A DNA stretch of 64,000 nucleotides from Bythopirellula sp. Lineage in GTDB: Bacteria; Planctomycetota; Planctomycetia; Pirellulales; Lacipirellulaceae. Of this stretch, positions 17,952 through 28,218 are shown piece by piece. The translations under genes and the position numbers were made by a program. Position 1 is the first letter of the stretch. Every line of letters starts with the position of its first letter. The notes beneath the pieces were generated by a model. It saw nothing but the letters and a program-made list of their open reading frames with translations. It ran no database searches and was not told where the DNA came from. The stretch covers positions 2,560,001-2,624,000 of the forward strand of contig OZ244170.1 in assembly GCA_965216565.1 (NCBI GenBank), written 5' to 3'.

Positions 17952-19778
17952 ATGTCTTCGTCCTCTTACGAATATGATGTCCTGGTCATCGGTGCCGGTC
18001 ATGCCGGTACGGAAGCGGCGCTGGCGGCTGCGCGATTGGGGGCGAAGACGGCGCTACTCACTACCAATTGCGACACTGTTGGCCAAATGAGTTGCAACCC
18101 GGCCATCGGCGGAGTCGGCAAGGGTCAAATTGTTCGCGAGATCGATGCCCTCGGTGGCGCGATGGGTCGGGCCATCGATGCCACCGGCATTCAGTTCCGG
18201 ATGCTCAATCGTCGCAAGGGACCGGCTATGCACAGTCCACGGGCGCAGGCCGACAAGAAGCTCTACCAGGCTGAAATTAAGCGGATGGTTGAGGAGCAAG
18301 AAAATCTTTCGCTGCGGCAAGAAGTGGTTGAGGACTTGGTTGTCGAAGAAGCGGAAAGCGGAAAGCAAAAAGCGATCGTCGGTGTGAAAGTCCGAGGCGA
18401 CGTCGAGTATCGGGCGCGGGCTGTAGTGCTCACCACCGGCACATTCTTGCAGGCGTTGATGCATACAGGCGAGGCGAAGACGGCTGGCGGCCGCGCTGGA
18501 GAGGGCACTTCCAAAGGTATTAGTGGGGCGCTTACGCGATTGGGTGTTCGGCTGGAGCGATTCAAAACCGGTACGCCGCCGAGACTCAACGGCCGCACAA
18601 TCGACTATAGCCGCATCGAAGAACAGCCGGGCGACGACGAGCCTCAGCCCTTCTCGTTTCTCAACGATGCAATCAACGTCGCGCAGATGCCCTGCCACAT
18701 CACGTATACCAACGAGGACGTCCACAATCTGATTGTCGCCAATCTACAGCGAGCACCGATGTACAGCGGGCAGATTGAATCCAGCGGCCCGCGTTACTGC
18801 CCCTCCATCGAAGACAAGGTCATACGGTTTGCTGAGAAGAACCAACATCAGCTATTTCTCGAACCGGAAGGTCGCAACACGCTTGAGGTGTACGTCAACG
18901 GTCTCTCCACAAGTTTGCCGCGGGATGTGCAGGACCAGATTTTCGGTTTGATTCCGGGACTGGAAAAAGCTGAAATCATGCGTTATGGGTATGCAGTCGA
19001 GTACGACTACGCACCGCCGGATCAACTCCAGCCGAGTTTGGAATCGAAGTCGGTGAATGGTTTGTACTTTGCGGGGCAAATCAATGGGACGACCGGTTAC
19101 GAAGAAGCGGGTGCCCAAGGTCTGATCGCGGGAGCCAACGCAGCATTCGCATTATCTGGCAAGGAGCCTCTGGTCTTAGATCGCGATCAAGCTTACATGG
19201 GCGTACTGATCGACGATCTAGTAACCTGCGGCGTGGATGAGCCTTACCGGATGTTTACTAGCCGGGCAGAGTACCGCTTACTCTTGCGGCACGACAACGC
19301 TGACCGACGGCTGACGCCATTGGCCCATGAAGTCGGTTTGGTCGGTAAAGTAAGGTTTGAGAAAATCAGTCGTAAAGTGGCCGAGATCGAGCGTGTCTGT
19401 CGCTTGCTCAGCGAGACTCGACAAGCAGGCACGGCACTGGCCACGTTGATGCGCAGACCTGAAGTGGAATGGCCCGATATTGTGGAGCGATTACCGGAAC
19501 TTGAATCGATTGATCCAGCGGTGGCCGAACAGGTCCGTAACGACCTAAAGTACGCAGGCTACGTCGCACGACAAACAGTGGAAGTAGAACGTCAACATCG
19601 GCTGTCTAGGAAACGCATTCCCCGAAATTTTGATTATGAGCGGCTCAGCCAGCTTCGCGCCGAAGCGAAGGAAAAATTTCAGCGCATCCAGCCGGATAAT
19701 CTGTCTCAGGCCAGCCGGATCAGCGGAATTACGCCCGCGGACATTGCCCTACTGATGGTCCATTTAGAAGCTAAATAG
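17952..19778 (+). CDS. mnmG: tRNA uridine 5-carboxymethylaminomethyl modification enzyme
   Basis: [59 protein letters not shown]. Confidence 0.98.
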   Translation: MSSSSYEYDVLVIGAGHAGTEAALAAARLGAKTALLTTNCDTVGQMSCNPAIGGVGKGQIVREIDALGGAMGRAIDATGIQFRMLNRRKGPAMHSPRAQADKKLYQAEIKRMVEEQENLSLRQEVVEDLVVEEAESGKQKAIVGVKVRGDVEYRARAVVLTTGTFLQALMHTGEAKTAGGRAGEGTSKGISGALTRLGVRLERFKTGTPPRLNGRTIDYSRIEEQPGDDEPQPFSFLNDAINVAQMPCHITYTNEDVHNLIVANLQRAPMYSGQIESSGPRYCPSIEDKVIRFAEKNQHQLFLEPEGRNTLEVYVNGLSTSLPRDVQDQIFGLIPGLEKAEIMRYGYAVEYDYAPPDQLQPSLESKSVNGLYFAGQINGTTGYEEAGAQGLIAGANAAFALSGKEPLVLDRDQAYMGVLIDDLVTCGVDEPYRMFTSRAEYRLLLRHDNADRRLTPLAHEVGLVGKVRFEKISRKVAEIERVCRLLSETRQAGTALATLMRRPEVEWPDIVERLPELESIDPAVAEQVRNDLKYAGYVARQTVEVERQHRLSRKRIPRNFDYERLSQLRAEAKEKFQRIQPDNLSQASRISGITPADIALLMVHLEAK

Positions 19779-19889
19779 TCTGTTGTACCCATCTTTTTCT
19801 TGTTATCGCTCCTCAGGGAAAATGCTCACGGAGGGCGTTGATTCTTGCAAAGTATTTGATAGCAAGGGATTGCGCCTATTCGATCAATG

Positions 19890-19917
19890 TTGACGGGCTG
19901 GTTGTTGCCGTTATAAT
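19890..19917 (+). promoter_or_regulatory. Sigma70-like promoter upstream of the response regulator
   Basis: TTGACG-N16-TATAAT. Confidence 0.6.
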
Positions 19918-20181
19918 TCGGCAGTTGGCAATTCAGGGAATTCTGGCAGTTACGGATAAACTTGCCATCTAAATAGCTTCGACTATCTGTGACGAACAGA
20001 AACGTTTTAGAAGTTTGCGTATCTCGGGTTGTTAGCGATAGTTTTTCGGGGCTGGTAAGGAAGCAAAGCAAGAAGCTAGTCCGATAGTTGTGCTATCGGA
20101 ACTCAATAAATGGAACTTTCAGGCCCCCGAATTCGGTCGAGGGCCCCAGACCATCGACTAAGGAGAGAGGTGGTTCACGTC

Positions 20182-20763
20182 ATGAAAACCGTTTTCACTA
20201 CTGGCGAAGCAGCCAAGATCTGCAAGGTGAGCCAGCAAACGATCATTCGCTGTTTCGACTCCGGTCAGCTCAAGGGCTTCCGCGTACCCGGCAGCCGGTT
20301 TCGCCGGATCCCTCGCGAGCAGCTCTACACGTTCATGCGCGATAATGGCATCCCCACCGATGCCCTCGATAGCGGTAAGCGCAAAATACTAGTCGTCGAT
20401 GACGACGAAGACTTGGTAGAACTGATCTGCGACGCACTGGAGCGCGATGGTCGATTCGAAGTTCGCAGCGTAAACAACGGTTTTGGTGCGGGCATGCTCA
20501 TTAAAGAGTTTCGCCCCGACCTGATCGTCCTGGATGTGATGCTCCCCGATATCAATGGCAAGGAAGTTTGTACACTGGTTCGCAGCGAGCGTAGCATGGA
20601 CGAAGTTCGCATCATCTGTATTTCTGGGATGGTCGAAGCGGATAAGATCCAGGGACTCCGCGACGCGGGTGCCAACGACTTCATGAAAAAGCCGTTCGAT
20701 GTAGACGACCTGATGGCGCGCATCTGTCAGCTCTTGGAAGTCGAAGCCACTTCGCCTAGCTAG
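20182..20763 (+). CDS. Response regulator with an N-terminal Xis/BldC-like (MerR-type) HTH
   Basis: MKTVFTTGEAAKICKVSQQTIIRCFDSGQLKGFRVPGSRFRRIP followed by a REC domain (VVDDD, LDVMLPD, KKPF); GAGG RBS. Confidence 0.9.
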   Translation: MKTVFTTGEAAKICKVSQQTIIRCFDSGQLKGFRVPGSRFRRIPREQLYTFMRDNGIPTDALDSGKRKILVVDDDEDLVELICDALERDGRFEVRSVNNGFGAGMLIKEFRPDLIVLDVMLPDINGKEVCTLVRSERSMDEVRIICISGMVEADKIQGLRDAGANDFMKKPFDVDDLMARICQLLEVEATSPS

Positions 20764-20797
20764 AGCAGTCCCTCCGCCACCTGTTAGGATCCTGACC

Positions 20798-21514
20798 ATG
20801 GCGGCAGAATTAAGGGACAAGGATTTGTTGGACGAGTTGGAACGGCAAAAGCTGGAGGCGATGAAAGAACTCGCCTACGGGGCCAGCCACGAGATCAACA
20901 ATCCTCTGGCAAACATCGCAGCTCGCGCCCAGAATCTGCTGCGCGACGAACAGTCTCCTGAACGACGTCGCTCGCTCGAAGCAATTCATCAGCAAGCGAT
21001 GCGCGCTCACGAAATGATTTCTGACCTGATGCTATTCGCGCGACCGCCAGCGCTTGCGCTGGAGACGGTCAATTTGGCTGAGGTCGCCACGGAGGCCATC
21101 AGTGCTGTGGACGCGGATCTCGATCGATTGCAGATTCGTGTGACTTTACGCGCCGAGGATGCGGAGGCTTACTTGCAAGGCGATCGGCAACAGTTGTTAG
21201 TGGCCATTGGTGCTTTGCTGCGGAATTCGATCGAGTCGATTGGAACCAACGGCACCATCGAACTCGAAGTGCGCAAATCGGCGGAGCATGAGCAAGTATC
21301 CCTCGAAGTAGTCGATTCAGGTCGCGGAATTTCCCCTGAGGTTCGAGAACACTTGTTCGACCCGTTCTACTCCGGACGCGAAGCTGGCCGGGGCTTGGGT
21401 TTTGGAATATCGAAATGTTGGCGAATCGTTACCGATCACGGTGGCAGCTTAGTGGTCGACGGATCACTCCAGGAGGGTGCTCGAATTACAATGCTCTTAC
21501 CGCAAAAAGCCTGA
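20798..21514 (+). CDS. Histidine kinase (HisKA plus HATPase, no sensor domain)
   Basis: SHEINNPL, RNSIES, DSGRGI, FDPFYS, GRGLGFG. Confidence 0.9.
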   Translation: MAAELRDKDLLDELERQKLEAMKELAYGASHEINNPLANIAARAQNLLRDEQSPERRRSLEAIHQQAMRAHEMISDLMLFARPPALALETVNLAEVATEAISAVDADLDRLQIRVTLRAEDAEAYLQGDRQQLLVAIGALLRNSIESIGTNGTIELEVRKSAEHEQVSLEVVDSGRGISPEVREHLFDPFYSGREAGRGLGFGISKCWRIVTDHGGSLVVDGSLQEGARITMLLPQKA

Positions 21515-21615
21515 GCCGACGGCGTTAGCCGCGGGTTGCACTTGATTGAGAATTATCACCTGCTCCCTCTCACACACGTCACAGCGGATTTGCAACTAGC
21601 GCGTTGAGCTCAGAT

Positions 21616-22227
21616 CTAGAGCAGGTCTTCCCCATACCCTGGCGGGAAAGGATTTTCTGGTGATTCATCTTCCTCCGACAATGGCTTGCTTTGTTTTTTC
21701 TGAACCTGATCCGCTCCGTCCGGCAGATTCTGAGAGAATTCTCCCACCCAATAGTCGATATCGGTTCGACTAAGCTGACCGATCGGTTTTTCCGGCCCAG
21801 GTCGATTGTTTTCCTTGCGATTTTGAGCTCGGCGTTCCCAGATTTGGGAATACCAGACGTCGCTATCAATGGGTCGGGCCTTCCGCCGACGTGCCGCACG
21901 CTGGATGCGATGATCGCTGGAGACAACAAGCAGTTTTCTAGGGGTACTATGCTGGGCAATCAATTCTTCGATCAGCGTATCGGCATCGGGATAGTCGCGC
22001 GCATAGCGGACAAGTAGTCCTTCATGCTGCATGGTATCGGGCAAACCCGGCGGAGCGTCATTGGCATCGAAGACAATCGTCGTGTCGCGATGTCTTTGGA
22101 AATCGATCGACGCCGCAAGAAAGCGCAGCAGCGCTTCACGAGAGCGTTGAAATGATCCCGGGCCGGTGCCTTTGCCAAAGATGCCGGTCACGTGTAGCAG
22201 GTTGTAGCCATCGATTAACAGTGCCAT
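21616..22227 (-). CDS. NYN-domain (YacP/Rae1-like) ribonuclease
   Basis: LLIDGYNLL, IVFDA, DADTLIE, VVSSD. Confidence 0.85.
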   Translation of the reverse strand: MALLIDGYNLLHVTGIFGKGTGPGSFQRSREALLRFLAASIDFQRHRDTTIVFDANDAPPGLPDTMQHEGLLVRYARDYPDADTLIEELIAQHSTPRKLLVVSSDHRIQRAARRRKARPIDSDVWYSQIWERRAQNRKENNRPGPEKPIGQLSRTDIDYWVGEFSQNLPDGADQVQKKQSKPLSEEDESPENPFPPGYGEDLL

Positions 22228-22275
22228 GCCTCTATTGTAGGACAAAGACTGTGTAGGGCGAATCTGATTCGGATG

Positions 22276-22420
22276 AAACACAAAGGCCGCGGAGAGGCGG
22301 AGAAATTGCAGAGTCAGCTAGAATCGGCGATACGAAGTTAAGTTGAGAATAGCTGCTGAGAAACAAACAATGGAAATCTAGCTCCGCGGCCCTCAGCGAC
22401 CCTCCGCTGCCTCTGCGTTT
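22276..22420. repeat. Imperfect long inverted repeat built from GCGGAG/GCAGAG units
   Basis: GGCCGCGGAG (22285) pairs with CTCCGCGGCC (22382); outer arms AAACACAAAGG / CCTCTGCGTTT. Confidence 0.6.
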
Positions 22421-22432
22421 TACTCTTCAGTA

Positions 22433-23722
22433 CTACCGACGACCGGTCGGCACCTGGCTTTCGCCGTAACTCTGCCAATCGGAGTACTCGTCGAAAAAAT
22501 ATCTGGAGATCTGATGATCGACGCGGAAAATCGAGGCCAGCAACGCGGCGCGAATCCACATGCCATTGCGGGCTTGGCGGAAATACATCGCTCGCGGGTT
22601 GTTGTCGACTTCCGGTGGAATCTCGCCAAAGTGTTGATCACGGGGGAACGGATGCAAAATCGGTGCGTATGTTTTCATCCTGTTGACTAGACTTTGGGAA
22701 AGCTTGTAGCGATCCAAGTCGATTTTGGCGAAACCGGCTTCGTCGTCCGGTGCGTTGTGTTCCTTTTGAATCCGAGTCATGTAAAGTGCATCGATTTGTT
22801 CGATCACAGGCTTGCCGTCCACCTTGTCTTCGAACGACTCGACTTCTACGAAGCGCACATTTTGAGCGGCCAGCCGCGACTTCAGGTCTTCTCGCAAGGC
22901 TAGCACCGGATCGTTGGGAGCAATGAATACCAGGGTGACGCCTTTGTAGAGAGCCAACAAACTTGCCAGCGACCGTACCGTTCGCCCTCGTCCCACATCG
23001 CCACAAAAGCCATACGTCTTATGCGACAAACCTTTCGATAGGTCGGGATAGTCATCACGTAGTTCGTCGAGCCGAGTGACAACCGTTGTCGCTTTGGGGT
23101 TCGAAAATTGGAAGGTCCTCTGCAGCGTGTAGATATCCAGGAGCGCTTGGGTCGGATGCTCGTCGGCACCCGAACCGGCGTTCACGATCGGCACACTACG
23201 ATTACCTGAGCTTTCTAAATCATTCATCACATAGGCACAGGCCTCGGCCAGCTTCGCCATTTTGCTGCGCATGATGATCAAGTCAAAGTAACTGCTGAAC
23301 ATTCTGATCGAGTCGAATCGTGTTTCGCCCTTCGTTTCAGACGACGTCGTTGGATCGCGGACTTCGTTGCAGGTGATGCCCAAGATTTGGCAAGCAGCCA
23401 TAAACGATAGAAAAGTACGCGTTGAAGGTTGAGTGAAGTACAGCATCGCCCGCTTGTGATGGAGCAGGTTGATAAGGAAATCTTGACCCTCGCGGAGCTT
23501 GGAGAGAATGCGGATTTTATCGGCCGTCTCAGCCAATTCCTCCAAGACATCCACGGAAAACTGGCTGCCGAAAATAACGTGCCGCAAACGCTCGTCACGC
23601 TCTAGCTCGGGGATCTTCATCCGCTGGGGTCGCTCGATGAGCGATTGGTAGCCTAGCAGGTCGAGATCATCCTGAGTCGGCTGCGGATCATTTGGCGACC
23701 GAAGCCCTGTATCGTCCGACAT
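22433..23722 (-). CDS. pyrB: Aspartate carbamoyltransferase catalytic subunit (atypically long)
   Basis: FTQPSTRT, SSETKGET, NAGSGADEHPTQALLD, YMTRIQKE, LHPFPR, YFRQARNG. Start at 23722 or 23734; the ORF-track extension runs into a repeat. Confidence 0.85.
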   Translation of the reverse strand: MSDDTGLRSPNDPQPTQDDLDLLGYQSLIERPQRMKIPELERDERLRHVIFGSQFSVDVLEELAETADKIRILSKLREGQDFLINLLHHKRAMLYFTQPSTRTFLSFMAACQILGITCNEVRDPTTSSETKGETRFDSIRMFSSYFDLIIMRSKMAKLAEACAYVMNDLESSGNRSVPIVNAGSGADEHPTQALLDIYTLQRTFQFSNPKATTVVTRLDELRDDYPDLSKGLSHKTYGFCGDVGRGRTVRSLASLLALYKGVTLVFIAPNDPVLALREDLKSRLAAQNVRFVEVESFEDKVDGKPVIEQIDALYMTRIQKEHNAPDDEAGFAKIDLDRYKLSQSLVNRMKTYAPILHPFPRDQHFGEIPPEVDNNPRAMYFRQARNGMWIRAALLASIFRVDHQISRYFFDEYSDWQSYGESQVPTGRR

Positions 23723-23802
23723 GGTTTGTTCCATTCTTGGGGGCGGGATTTCTATTGGTTTATCGCATACCGCGCGAATGGTCGTCAAGTTGTGACTGGG
23801 AG

Positions 23803-24024
23803 TGGACAGGATGACTGGATTTGCAGGATTAACGGGGATGGCTCGCTCAGACACCGGCATGCTCGAGTACTGCTAAGCAGGATCAATGGGATGGAGTTCA
23901 ATAAGTATGCAATAGGAGACTTTGTTGGAGCGTAATTCGTGGCCTGACGACCTTGATAGACTTCTTTGGTAAAGACCGTGAGGCGGGAATCCTGTACATC
24001 TTGCAAATCCAGTCATCCTGTCCA
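23803..24024. repeat. MITE-like element with 27-bp terminal inverted repeats made of 9-nt units
   Basis: TGGACAGGATGACTGGATTTGCAGGAT versus ATCTTGCAAATCCAGTCATCCTGTCCA (1 mismatch). Confidence 0.8.
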
Positions 24025-24036
24025 GAAAAAGAAGTC

Positions 24037-25656
24037 TCAGTCCGAGACCCGCCAACGGACCTGGAATCGCCACATCATGCTGAGCAGCAACGCACCATTA
24101 TAGAGCAGCGTGAAGACCAGATAGCCCCAGAAGACGCTAACATGCACCAAGGGTGGCGTGGGCTGATCGCTGACTTGTAGCGGCAGGTTGAAGACTGCCG
24201 CGAAGGGGCTGAACACTTCGAACAATTGCACAACCTGAGCGGCGGGACCGTTCGGGACGAAGGAATCGACGAATCGATCTGCTGCGACCGGGCCCAGGAA
24301 TAACGTCACGATTACTAGATAGGTAGCCATCAGGCTGGTTGACGTGCGTTGAAATATCGAGGAACAAAACAAAGCCGTCATGGCGGTCGTGAGGCAAGTG
24401 CAGGCAAATACCAGGAAGTACCCTCCCATGGTCGGCAGGTTCGACCAATAGTCGAGTGGCATCACACACGCCAGCAGGACAGGCCACATCAGGAATGAGG
24501 TTAACACGCTGGAGACTCTCAATCCCGAAAGCAACTTGCCCCACAGCATCTGCCAGGGAGTGATCAGCGTGTTCAGCAATAGATCGAGTGTTTCGCGTTC
24601 GCGTTCGCTTGTGACGCTACCCGCCGAGAACACGGGGCCGACCAGCATATTGAAGAGCAAGACATAGGAAATGTACCAAGGCGCCAATTGCTGCTTGATA
24701 TACAAACATGCCGCCATGATGGGTAGCGCCAGCACCATGCTGATTTGGATCACCAAGCGCAGCATCAGTGTGCCTTGACTGAAAATCTCGCTGCGGATTT
24801 CCTTGTCGTAGATTGGGTTGGCGTTCTCGTGGAGAAAGTCGGTACGCCGGGGCGGGGCGAACAATCGGTCTGGGAATTCATCGCGTTTGATATACAGTCC
24901 CACCGCTTGTTCGGCTTCGGTCTCCAGATCGATAACTTGCTTCCCCTCACTGCCCAGTTCCGGAGCCTTGAGTAAACGCCGCGCCGTATCGACCCATAAA
25001 ATGGCACCGATTGAGATGCAAACCACCGGCACCACGGTAAATATCACCAGCAGTCGAGCCTCACCCATGCGTTCCAACGATTGCCAAATCAAGACGCCCA
25101 CCAGTGCCAAGGGCAGGATCATCAGATACGAAACCACGAGTGCGGCGCTTGTACGCTGAAAGAAGCTGCTACACCACAGGCTGATCATGGCGAATAGCGA
25201 GATTGATAGGATCATTGCAAAATAGGCGGCCGCCACTTCGGAAAAGTGTGCCCCGCCTAACGGCAAACACAACATTACGATCGGCAACGAACAGATCATC
25301 AGCTCCGCAAGCGGGCAGAGCGAGGCAGCAAACTTACCCAGCACAATCGCTCCTGGCTTGAGCGGACTGGCTAGGAGCATCTCGTAACTCTTCCGTTCCT
25401 TCTCGCCCGTGATGGCTCCCGAAGCAAAGCTGGGTGCCATCAAAGACATCAGCAGATATTGGCCAAGAAAGATCAGATTCACCAGCGACTTGGCTTTGCC
25501 GGAACTCGCCATATCGAGCCGCTCCTCCGAGGGCCACGCGGCATAGACCAGCAAACCCAAGAACAGCACATAAGCAAACAACAGCAGAAAGCTACGCAGG
25601 GTGCGTAGGTTCACCACCAGTTCGCGCTGCAGGACTGGGTTTTCGAATAGATACAT
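24037..25656 (-). CDS. ABC-2-type transporter permease with two fused permease domains
   Basis: NPVLQREL...GAITGEKERKSYEMLLASPL and NPIYDKEI...SVTSERERETLDLLLNT internal duplication; many TM helices. Confidence 0.88.
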   Translation of the reverse strand: MYLFENPVLQRELVVNLRTLRSFLLLFAYVLFLGLLVYAAWPSEERLDMASSGKAKSLVNLIFLGQYLLMSLMAPSFASGAITGEKERKSYEMLLASPLKPGAIVLGKFAASLCPLAELMICSLPIVMLCLPLGGAHFSEVAAAYFAMILSISLFAMISLWCSSFFQRTSAALVVSYLMILPLALVGVLIWQSLERMGEARLLVIFTVVPVVCISIGAILWVDTARRLLKAPELGSEGKQVIDLETEAEQAVGLYIKRDEFPDRLFAPPRRTDFLHENANPIYDKEIRSEIFSQGTLMLRLVIQISMVLALPIMAACLYIKQQLAPWYISYVLLFNMLVGPVFSAGSVTSERERETLDLLLNTLITPWQMLWGKLLSGLRVSSVLTSFLMWPVLLACVMPLDYWSNLPTMGGYFLVFACTCLTTAMTALFCSSIFQRTSTSLMATYLVIVTLFLGPVAADRFVDSFVPNGPAAQVVQLFEVFSPFAAVFNLPLQVSDQPTPPLVHVSVFWGYLVFTLLYNGALLLSMMWRFQVRWRVSD

Positions 25657-25868
25657 CGGTCTCTCGCAATACCGCCGAGGTGCCAAACGGACGCTATTAA
25701 ACCACAACCACTGCGGAAGCACAAAGGAACACACGAGGACTCTGTAAGGCGCCTAGACAGGCTATCCACGCCTGGTAGGAAATCGAGTTTCTCTAGATTC
25801 TCTTACCACTTCTCAGCTATGAAGGGCGTTTCTTGCAAGATCCAGCTCTCGAACCGTTCACTCGTGGA

Positions 25869-26183
25869 TTATTCGGCCGCTGTGATCTCCAGTTGCACAT
25901 GCAAGGGGAACTTGCTGTCCTTAAATTCTTCAGCGGGCAGGATGATTTCGAGGCGGTTGAATTCGGCTAAGAGGTTGGTCACTGCAAACCGGCCCGTTTC
26001 TTGTTGGCCCTCGAGGGCCTTGTCGTTGAGGACGATGGCAGCCTGGGCCGGATGGGGCTCGACGACTAGAAAGACGCTTTCCCCGGCGGCATTGCCCGCA
26101 GGCCAATTGAATTTGCGCTTCCAGCTATTCCGACCGTCGCGCTGCTCGAAGTCCCAGGGATGTCGCAGGCGGATGGAGTGCAT
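25869..26183 (-). CDS. Hypothetical protein (glycosidase sugar-binding-like small domain)
   Basis: 104 aa, MHSIRLRHPW...RKFNWP...LNDK...NRLEI; co-oriented with its neighbours. Confidence 0.6.
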   Translation of the reverse strand: MHSIRLRHPWDFEQRDGRNSWKRKFNWPAGNAAGESVFLVVEPHPAQAAIVLNDKALEGQQETGRFAVTNLLAEFNRLEIILPAEEFKDSKFPLHVQLEITAAE

Positions 26184-26232
26184 GGAAAAGACCGGGGATC
26201 AGAAGTCAGACGTTAGGGAGCAAAACGCCCAA

Positions 26233-27864
26233 CTACTGCGGGACGTAGCTCGCTGTGACCGAGACCTCGCGCACTTGGCGGGTATCGGGCTCATACATAC
26301 GAATCTTTACCTGAATGCCCCGGAGAGGTACGTCGTATGGCGGGGAAGTTTCACGTTCGCCTAAGTCGTCGACGCCGTTGAGGGGAATATCATTGGAGTG
26401 ATCTACCCACAAAAGATTCCCACCTCCGGTGGTGATCGCATCATCTAGCCCGTTGGTGCCTTCGTCGATACTAAACGTTGTGCCATTGTCGTAGTAGTCT
26501 TGATCCTGGTTCAACCCATCGTATTCGTAGTGAAGTGACCAGGTATCGTAAACAACGGGTGGACGCCTTAGAAGATGAGTAGGATCAGTGGTAAGATTAG
26601 GTTTCCAGCCAAGCCTATGTTCCTCTTGAAACGGACGGGGCGGGAATCCGAGACTAACGTTGGGATCGTAGTCGTAGCTGTCATCCCATCCAAGATCAAC
26701 ATATGCACCAAAGCCGACAACGTTGCTGAGGTCCGCAGTGATGGCGTTACCCACGGTGAACAGGCTGTCGGCAACAGGCTCAATAATAGATCCTGCGTAT
26801 TCAAGCAGTGGCGCGCCTGGATCATAAACCAAAACATCGAACGCCAAGACATTATTGAGTATTTGATCTTCGCCTACTCGATTCAAGCCGAGAGGTACGA
26901 GCGAGGTATTGGGATCGCCAGCTTCTCCTGTCAGCAAGCCATTACGAATTCTGAAAGGAAATTGGTGGGGGAAACCTCTAGCTAGATTTGAGTTAAAGTT
27001 GTAGTAGTGTGCAAAGCGGTTCTCTCGCTTCGTAAGATCGCCCAGGGTATTTGCAACCCAAATAAACGTACCGGGGGTTGTTTCCTCAACATGCACCGAC
27101 ACATCGCATTGGTCGTAGAACTGTTCGTAGTTGAACACTCTCTGCTGACTACCTGAGCCACTTACGAAGGGCGGCAGATTGCTATTAAAATAACCCAAAT
27201 CAACCCAAGGCGCGACCACCAGCTCGCGGCGATACAGTTTCCGCATCCCGGGCTCGTCTGGCGGTGGACTATTGAGATCGTTCTCCACAGCAAACCAGAT
27301 GACCTCTGCCACGGAGGATTCGATCGTTTTTGGAACGTTACCGGGTTCGATGAATCGCGCGCGGAATGGTGAATTCTCCTGACGGACGGTTAGGGCGATG
27401 ATGTCGTCAAAGTCTCCCAAACCTGTGGCATCAGTCGTCAGTTGTGGACCTGGGATCGGGACGTTCGCATTCGGGTCCTGGCTGCCAGGGATCTGAGAAA
27501 TCGCGTAATCCAGTTCTCCATTGCCTGCATTACCATCAGTCAATGGACTCGGGTTTCTATCGGAGTAATTCCCTTCGACGATTTCCAGATATCCTGTGTC
27601 TTCGTCGGGGCGTTGCCAGGGTAGCGTGGGGCAGGTGGCGTGGGTGAGGTCGTTGTAGAGCTGGGCTCGCACGTCGCGGAGTTCGCCGCTGAGCTCGATC
27701 GTAGCCTGGCGAATGCGCACGCCGGCACCGATGTTGGCAAACAGCGTCACCACAGCGGCCATCATCAGTAGCGTGATCGCCATGCCGATGAGCATCTCCA
27801 CCAAAGTGAGTGCCCAACGCTGATCGGTCAGAAAGTGTCGGCTCGTCAGAAAAGTTCGTGCCAT
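26233..27864 (-). CDS. Prepilin-type N-terminal methylation domain protein (large minor pilin/pseudopilin)
   Basis: RWA|LTLVEMLIGMAITLLMMAAVV class III signal with E5; C-terminal DEGTNGLDD...NGVDDLGERETSPPY..PLRGIQVKIR. Confidence 0.8.
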   Translation of the reverse strand: MARTFLTSRHFLTDQRWALTLVEMLIGMAITLLMMAAVVTLFANIGAGVRIRQATIELSGELRDVRAQLYNDLTHATCPTLPWQRPDEDTGYLEIVEGNYSDRNPSPLTDGNAGNGELDYAISQIPGSQDPNANVPIPGPQLTTDATGLGDFDDIIALTVRQENSPFRARFIEPGNVPKTIESSVAEVIWFAVENDLNSPPPDEPGMRKLYRRELVVAPWVDLGYFNSNLPPFVSGSGSQQRVFNYEQFYDQCDVSVHVEETTPGTFIWVANTLGDLTKRENRFAHYYNFNSNLARGFPHQFPFRIRNGLLTGEAGDPNTSLVPLGLNRVGEDQILNNVLAFDVLVYDPGAPLLEYAGSIIEPVADSLFTVGNAITADLSNVVGFGAYVDLGWDDSYDYDPNVSLGFPPRPFQEEHRLGWKPNLTTDPTHLLRRPPVVYDTWSLHYEYDGLNQDQDYYDNGTTFSIDEGTNGLDDAITTGGGNLLWVDHSNDIPLNGVDDLGERETSPPYDVPLRGIQVKIRMYEPDTRQVREVSVTASYVPQ

Positions 27865-28027
27865 CAGGATAGCTCTCTTGTTAGAAAAGTCTCGCGAAAC
27901 GGAGACTTCGCTCTGTTCCCAATCTATCTGGCCAGCGTCCCCCAATCGTGGATAGTCCGTTGGCCCTTCAGTTTGCCTGCTCTCAATACTCTATTGCACC
28001 GCAGAATGGCTCAAAAGTCAAGTTTGT

Positions 28028-28060
28028 GAGGGGCTAGGAGCTGGAGGCTAGGGTTTAGGG
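28028..28060 (+). repeat. Heptamer tandem repeat (GGGCTAG-like)
   Basis: GAGGGGCTAGGAGCTGGAGGCTAGGGTTTAGGG; complementary to the array at 28168. Confidence 0.7.
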
Positions 28061-28063
28061 CAC

Positions 28064-28093
28064 AAAAAAACCGCAGCCAAACTGGCTGCGGTT
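28064..28093 (-). terminator. Intrinsic terminator downstream of fliA
   Basis: AACCGCAGCCA-3nt-TGGCTGCGGTT stem ending in a T7 run on the minus strand. Confidence 0.8.
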
Positions 28094-28167
28094 AGTTTCA
28101 AATTGAATTTGGTGGAAACAAGACGGCTCAATTATGAAGCTGCTCAGCGGCAATCAATGCCATTCTC

Positions 28168-28218
28168 CCAGCCCCTAGCCCCTAGCTCCTAGTCTCTAGC
28201 ACCTAGCACTAGCCCCTA
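28168..28218 (+). repeat. Heptamer tandem repeat (CTAGCCC-like, about 7 units)
   Basis: CCAGCCC CTAGCCC CTAGCTC CTAGTCT CTAGCAC CTAGCA CTAGCCC CTA; the final CTA is the fliA stop. Confidence 0.8.

Noticed and set aside
17952..20180. oriC next to mnmG (gidA)
   Set aside because: No cluster of DnaA boxes (TTATCCACA) and no dnaA, parAB or rsmG nearby.
23735..23860. N-terminal extension of pyrB in the ORF track (MPVSERAIPVNPANPVILS)
   Set aside because: It is a translation of the 9-nt-unit inverted repeat, not a plausible coding sequence.
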